Below are positions 10,959-16,326 of a stretch of 16,326 nt of DNA, in pieces; positions within the stretch are counted from its first letter, which is position 1; each line of letters opens with the position of its first letter. Position numbers and translations under genes: made by a program. The notes beneath the pieces are model-generated. The model saw only the letters and a list, made by a program, of their open reading frames with translations. It searched no databases and was not told where the DNA came from. This stretch comes from Amoeboaphelidium protococcarum X5 (taxonomy: Eukaryota; Fungi; Aphelidiomycota), in NCBI GenBank assembly GCA_023515725.1, contig JALDTO010000068.1:1-16326 (forward strand), written 5' to 3'.

Positions 10959-13106
10959 ATGAGTTCAAATCAAGCTGCTGAGAGCAAGACGTTGAAAAGA
11001 CTGTAAACTAGCAGCGGTGCAGGCAAGATACTTACGCAATGTATCGAAAGATTTCAGGCTGAGAAGTTGCAATTCATCCAAACTATTGGCAAAGTATCGC
11101 AATCTAAAGAGAATTTATAGAGTATCATCTAGTTGAACGTATTACCTATTGTTATTGAGTTCGCGCGCTAGTTGGATGATGAGCGAGTGAGGGAATTATC
11201 GCTGGCCATTGTTGCCCGTCTCGCCGCCTATGATAAGGATGTAGTGGGTAGAATTGTCCATGATGGGCTTCTGTAAAGCGTCATTGTTCAATGGCAAAGT
11301 TCATCTCTGTAGATGAAGCGTCAATGTCTGAATTTGATTTCGATAGTGCTCAAAACTGCTGATCCTGTTCATTTAAAGTTGGCTATTGATGTTCGCCACT
11401 TGATCAATTTGTCGATTAATGTCCTACAGAATGGAGAGGAGTCACATGATAATGTATTAAAAGAGCTGTGTTGTAATATCATACGGTTGGTGGTGAGGAT
11501 CTGTGATGATTGTCCGTAGAATTTGTTACAGCACTCGAGTATCTCATCTATTACAGCACTGGTCAATCACAGAGATCTGAGTGTGAAGCGCTGTGCTTTG
11601 TCAACCGTCATTGAGATTGCTAAAAAGTCACAAGATGGAACTAAAGCTGTGTCCAAGAATGTGAATATTGAAAAGATGTCAAAGCTGTTGCATGTACATG
11701 ATGGGAAACTGTTGGTGAATGACGCTTAACTCTAGGATAGTGTAATGCAATTGTTGGCAGAGTTGGCGCGTTAATCTGCAGACATGGCCGCGCAGATTTG
11801 TAGCTAATAGATTCTACCGGCTCTTGATATCCATATATTTGCTGCCGAAGATAACTTTTAGCTGGCATATACTGCTTCGTACTTATTGTACTAATGCGTA
11901 AAGTAGATACCAGCTTATGCGGAAATTGTATTGAAAAACATTGGCGTATAGAGTATATTAGAGTTTGTGGCTGAGAACTTCAAGACTAAGGATGTAAGCT
12001 TTGCTGTATTATCGCTTGGTCACATTTGCTAGCAATGTCCTAGTGCCACAGTTAAATTGGTGAAATCCGACGTATGCACTCTATTTAATAATATGATCGC
12101 GCACTATGACAGGGCGTAAGATTCTGAAGCGTAGACTAATCTCTCGTACCTTTTGTGGGTGATATCCATTTTGGTGAAAGATAAAGAGTCTATTGCAAAG
12201 GCTTTCACAGGCGCAGGATTCATAAGTATTCTATTGAATATGGTTAAAAAGAGGGGCATTCAAGGTAGCCGTAGACACTCTAATAGCCAAGATAACGCGT
12301 AAAAGACATCTGGCGAAGTTTTGGAAAATTTATACTATGTTATCAAATTGCTAGTCTAGTTTTGTGATGAAGCCTCTATACTTACGGATCTGCTAAAATC
12401 TGGCAATGTTAAGCTCTAGTACTTCTCCGTTATCAAGTTGGCATCAATACTGTAGAATAACGCAGCTGCAAGAAAGCCATTTATCAAAGCTTATGGACTT
12501 GAGGAAGTTGAAAAGTTGTATAAGTAGTTGAAACTTGACGCGTCGCTTGATGCTTTGAATCAGGACCTGACAGATGATGGTAATAGTAATGAAACTCTGG
12601 AAAATTAGATTGGAATGCGGTAGAAAATGCTGATTGCAGTGACTAATATTATTCGCTGTTTCCCTGAAGAAGTTATCAATTATTATGACCCTAATTATGC
12701 AGATATTCTGGCAGAGAAAGTGGCCAATATCGATATCGCAAAAGATAGTGCATCTGGTACATAGTCGTCGTTATCTAATAAGAAAAGAGGTCCTGTCTAT
12801 CACTAAAACAAGTCGCGATCAGTGAGTCAAAGCGTCAATTAGTAGAATATGTCAATATCAGTACTGCGTAAACAGTCGCTACCTATACAGGCCAAAATAC
12901 CCAATTATATGCTCGGAACAAAGGCAAGTGAGAATCGAAAACTAAAGTCACCCTCCTCTCTGATCAGTTCGCCAGTAATAACGAGTGATGACAGTGGATC
13001 TCCCCTGCCTTAGGACAGTTAATCTCCAACCGCCGCTAGTCCGTCATCTGTACCAACAACTCACAAGAAATCTGTGGCATTTGAGATTTTCAATGATGAA
13101 AGATGA
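10959..13106 (+). CDS. SPAG6: Divergent SPAG6/PF16 (axonemal central-pair armadillo-repeat protein) homolog with C-terminal extension, 715 aa
   Basis: One frame from ATG 10959 to TGA 13104-13106. N-terminal ILTQCIERFQAEKLQFIQTI...VARLAAYDKD parallels SPAG6 VLQVFEQYQKARTQFVQMV...LGRLANYNDD. C-terminal ARKPFIKAYGL...IIRCFPEEVINYYDPNYADILAEKV parallels ARRLFVTSGGL...INSCYPEEIVRYYSPGYSDTLLQRV. Confidence 0.85.
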
Positions 13107-13276
13107 TGATTTAGAATATACAATTTAAAATATCATTGTATTTTACACTCAGAAGTATCAATACGAAGCGCTGGCTGTTGCCTTCGCCCTTTTGAGGCAC
13201 CATCAACTGAGCGATAGTTTCATCTCATCTCGCAGGCTTTCTTCTCTAATTATCATCACATAAACCGTACCTTCTT

Positions 13277-13293
13277 TGTCTGTCTGTCTGTCT
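13277..13293. repeat. Short (TGTC)n tetranucleotide repeat upstream of PRS1
   Basis: tgtctgtctgtctgtct read directly. Confidence 0.6.
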
Positions 13294-13339
13294 ATCAGAC
13301 TTTAATCTGCTTTTCAATTATATTGTAGATAGACTTATA

Positions 13340-14683
13340 ATGAGGAAAACCAAGATATTTACAGGGACATCCCATACGGAATTATCTAATAAAATTGTGG
13401 AACGGTAAGCCTCACACTAGTAGCTGTGATTTGATAATTTGACGTCTCCATTCAACTTAAAGTAACCATGTAGACTTGGAATGTCAGCTTCCACAGTATC
13501 AATTCAGTAATATGCGAACCACGAGCTATCTCTGCATCTGGGCGTCAGTGTCCGCAGTGATGATGTCTTCCTTATCCAGTCCGGTTCTGACAGTATCAAT
13601 GACCATCTGATGGAATTGCTCATTATGATACACGCCTGCAAGATTGCGAGTGCTCGGCGAATTACAGCCGTCATTCCATACTTCCCCTATGGCAAGTGGA
13701 GTAAGAAAAAGAAGATTAGAGGAAGTATCACGGCCAAGTTGGTCGCCAATATGCTATCCGTTTCTGGTGTGGATCACGTTATCACCATGGACTTGCACAG
13801 TTCCCAGATTCAGGGATTCTTCAAGTCTCCGGTTGATAATCTATTCGGAGAGCCATCTATAGCCAAGTTTATCAAGGAGCGAATTCCGGAATATCAGAAT
13901 GGTGTTGTTGTAAGTAAAAACTCTAGCGCTGTGAAGAGAGTCACCTCAATGGCCGACCGTCTGCAGTTGGAATTTGCTCTCATTCATAAGGATTCCACCG
14001 CTGCTGCTGCTGCTGCTGCATCTCAAAGTCAATAAGTTCCGTAATAGATGGCTAATAACACCTCCTCTCCATTGCCTGCTGAGCATAAGTAACTGCTGAA
14101 TATCAGTAATTTGTAGTCAATGTCTACAAGTACGTCGATGGATTCATTAATGACTGATGCATCACTGTTGCCTGGTAGAATGCAGATCAATAATCCTCTG
14201 GTGATGATGACTTAAAGCAATTATTCATCAAATTTTCATTATGAGGCAGATGATGATGATGTTGAGGCGAATGATGCCGAAGAAGATGAAGATGGTGGCG
14301 GATTAGGTAGTAGTGGTGGCATTGACTGCTTGACACTTGTGGGTGATGTGAAGGATAAAATTGCGTTTATTCTAGATGATATGATTGATGGCACCAGATC
14401 TTTCGTAGATGCAGCCACATTCCTCATGGACAAGTGTGGTGCAAGGAAGGTGTATATAGTGGCTACTCACGCGATTCTTAGTGGGCGTGCATTGTATGAA
14501 ATTGAGGTGTGTCCCAGTATTGCCGGTATCATTGTCACCAATACGTATCCTATCGGTGAGCACAAGCAGAGATTAACCAAGAAGTTGCACATCATTGACA
14601 TTAGTGGGGTCCTGGCTGAAGCTATACGCCGTACAAGAAATGGTGAATCTATATCTTATCTATTCGATGCCACTGTCTAGTGA
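13340..14683 (+). CDS. PRS1: Ribose-phosphate pyrophosphokinase, fungal Prs1-type, 424 aa; join(13340..13404,13474..14683)
   Basis: [65 protein letters not shown]...[34 protein letters not shown] (rather than SPD) and the long insertion after ALIHKD are Prs1 hallmarks. Ends TAG(Q)-TGA. Confidence 0.93.
13405..13473 (+). other. Spliceosomal intron (69 nt) in PRS1
   Basis: GTAAGC...CCATGTAG; removal gives the conserved KIVERLG; contains an in-frame TGA at 13427-13429. Confidence 0.88.
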
Positions 14684-14799
14684 TTATCCATCGAGTTTCA
14701 GTATCATGTATTGTGACCGATATAGGATGCAGTCTTTATCCGCATCATATAGTACTGATACTTAAGCCAAATAATACACATTTGAATTTTGTACAATAA

Positions 14800-15486
14800 T
14801 CACTTCTTGTAGAGTCGCTTGTGTTCGTGTGGAAGAACTACCTTCTTCTATTACCATAATCCTATTCGCTTCTATTTGGCTCGCAGTTCGCAGGCCTCCA
14901 GAGCATCCTGTATACCGTCATACTCTGCGCCTGATTGTCGATATACAACAGCCCATCCACACTTGACCATTTCGAGACTAATATTCCGTCTGAACCCAAA
15001 ATTGATACCTAATACAGTCCATGGCCGATATACTATGGTGCCTACTATACGCCCGTACTGATCGCGTCTGAGTAATCTTACTCTTACCGTCCGACCGGCG
15101 GGCAGTGTCTTTGTGAGCCAAAGTTTCGCCTCTTCATTAAATTTCTGTGCAGGCATACCAAAGTGGGCGCCTTCCGGTGCATCGATACCCATTAGGCGAA
15201 CATTCAGAGTGTCTGGCTTTTACTGTATACCGTACATCAATGTTCTTAATCTAGACAATGGAGATAGATGTTCAACGCGGACATTATCGCTATCATTAAC
15301 CTTCACCACTCGGGCGCGTATCCATTGCTGAGCCAGTATAGCATCTTGAGGAACGTGTTGACTAGATTTGTATTATCGCAGCATCTATTGCATCGCGTGA
15401 ATTCCATACCCAGCACTTACACAACAAGCATGACTAAGCAAAAGTAGACTCGGGTATTCATGAAGTAAATTTAATGCAATATTCAT
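14800..15486 (-). CDS. LCL3: LCL3-type staphylococcal (SNase/thermonuclease) endonuclease, 228 aa
   Basis: ATG 15486 to TGA 14802-14800. N-terminal hydrophobic segment, RVVKVNDSDNVRVEH, VRLMGIDAPEGAHFG..AQ, RRDQYGRIVG, EMVKCGWAVVY, AK.KRIGLW. Confidence 0.9.
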
Positions 15487-15519
15487 ATTTCTGAATCAAT
15501 AATTAATACTCTATAGATC

Positions 15520-15528
15520 TTTTATATA
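15520..15528 (-). promoter_or_regulatory. Putative TATA box (TATATAAAA) ~35-40 nt upstream of the LCL3 ATG, in a 158-nt divergent intergenic region
   Basis: Consensus match and position only. Confidence 0.45.
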
Positions 15529-15644
15529 TTGCGACAATATGAGCTGTTTGATCAGCGGTACAGCAGAAATTAAATTAGTCTTTTCTTTCTTTAACACGTC
15601 CTGCCGGCTAATCTTGGAAAATTAAATTCTATCTACTATTAAAG

Positions 15645-16049
15645 ATGATCTAGTAGTAGTAAAATCTATAGGCGTCTTAGGGGTAATAACCTCAGTCGTA
15701 ATTAGTCTATGAATTGTATAGACACACCTCGGTTGGCGTTGCGTTGACTGATGCACTCGATGAACTGATCAGATCGCAATAGATCACTCCATTGCTGGCG
15801 AGGAAAATTATGATGTAATTCGACAAGAGTATGACGGAAGCTCTGTCGACGAAAACATGTAACAAGTTTAACCTCAAACAGGGCCAGATGGACAATTATA
15901 ATTACTTGGACGATGTGTGGACATTTGAATTGAGTGATCCCTCGTTTAAAGTTCTCTTTGATAAACGGCCCGATGAAGTTGTCGAAGCTGCCGGTCCCGT
16001 TAAACTGATCGCGTGTAATTCAAAACGTTCCAACGATGGTTAAAAATGA
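15645..16049 (+). CDS. TOA2: Transcription initiation factor IIA small (gamma) subunit, 134 aa, with Q-rich N-terminal extension
   Basis: [56 protein letters not shown]. ATG 15645 to TGA 16047-16049. Confidence 0.95.
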
Positions 16050-16181
16050 CACTTTATAAATTATCCTATTGTTTTTAATCATGATTTTGACTTGATTTTT
16101 GTTTTCTTACCATTGTTTAAAATATTCAACTGACCGTGCGCCGTGATAGGATCATTAGACTTTTCCAATTCTACGCAATGA

Positions 16182-16325
16182 TCAGATATAATGGTAATAT
16201 CTGATCAGAATGGTTTCATCTGCAACAATTCGAGCTCCTCTGACCGTCGTCATGTGGGTTAATCGATCATTGGTACACTTTAAAAAAGCTCCAGCAATCT
16301 TTTCATTGGGGTCCCCACATAGCCC
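16182..16325 (-). CDS. Possible 3' end of a gene entering from beyond the window (...GLCGDPNEKIAGAFLKCTNDRLTHMTTVRGARIVADETILIRYYHYI*)
   Basis: Longest TGA-free minus-strand frame from the window edge, ending convergent to TOA2. No family recognised. Confidence 0.3.
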   Translation of the reverse strand, partial: GLCGDPNEKIAGAFLKCTNDRLTHMTTVRGARIVADETILIRYYHYI

Positions 16326-16326
16326 C

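Noticed and set aside
1166-15486. Nucleic-acid scavenging cluster (nuclease + ENT + PRPP synthetase)
   Set aside because: The genes are interspersed with unrelated housekeeping genes; LCL3 and PRS1 are ordinary conserved genes; there is no evidence of co-regulation.
123-15895. Numerous antisense or off-frame ORFs in the supplied track (e.g. 3500..3829, 5586..5903, 8681..9049, 10037..10348, 15707..15895)
   Set aside because: Shadows of real genes on the opposite strand or frame, with no family motifs.
66-16049. Cluster of pseudogenes or RIP-like mutated genes (many in-frame stops)
   Set aside because: Stops are exclusively TAA/TAG, never TGA; there are no frameshifts; catalytic motifs are intact; and essential genes (TFIIA, PRS) are affected alike.
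1-16326. Prokaryotic/phage recoding, CRISPR arrays, mobile elements, tRNA or rRNA genes
   Set aside because: Gene content and spliceosomal introns are eukaryotic; no arrays, transposase or RT motifs, terminal repeats, or RNA gene structures were seen.

Overview
Compact, gene-dense eukaryotic (fungal-like/holomycotan) nuclear DNA that uses a non-standard genetic code: TAA and TAG are sense codons for glutamine and TGA is the only stop (translation table 6 type). The fragmented standard-code ORF track is an artefact of this. Re-translated by hand, the window holds eight complete genes, all ending in TGA: an orphan protein (-), an equilibrative nucleoside transporter (-), a ~2150-aa single-exon myosin-motor chitin synthase (class V-like, -), an Fmp32/MCUR1/CCDC90 (DUF1640) protein with two introns (-), a highly divergent SPAG6/PF16 central-pair armadillo protein with a long extra C-terminal tail (+), a Prs1-type PRPP synthetase with one intron and an NHR-like insertion (+), an LCL3-type staphylococcal nuclease (-), and TFIIA small subunit (+). 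A possible partial CDS lies at the right edge. A fungal-type chitin synthase together with TAR=Gln points to the aphelid Amoeboaphelidium protococcarum or a relative (inference; no search was run). All homology calls come from remembered family motifs.
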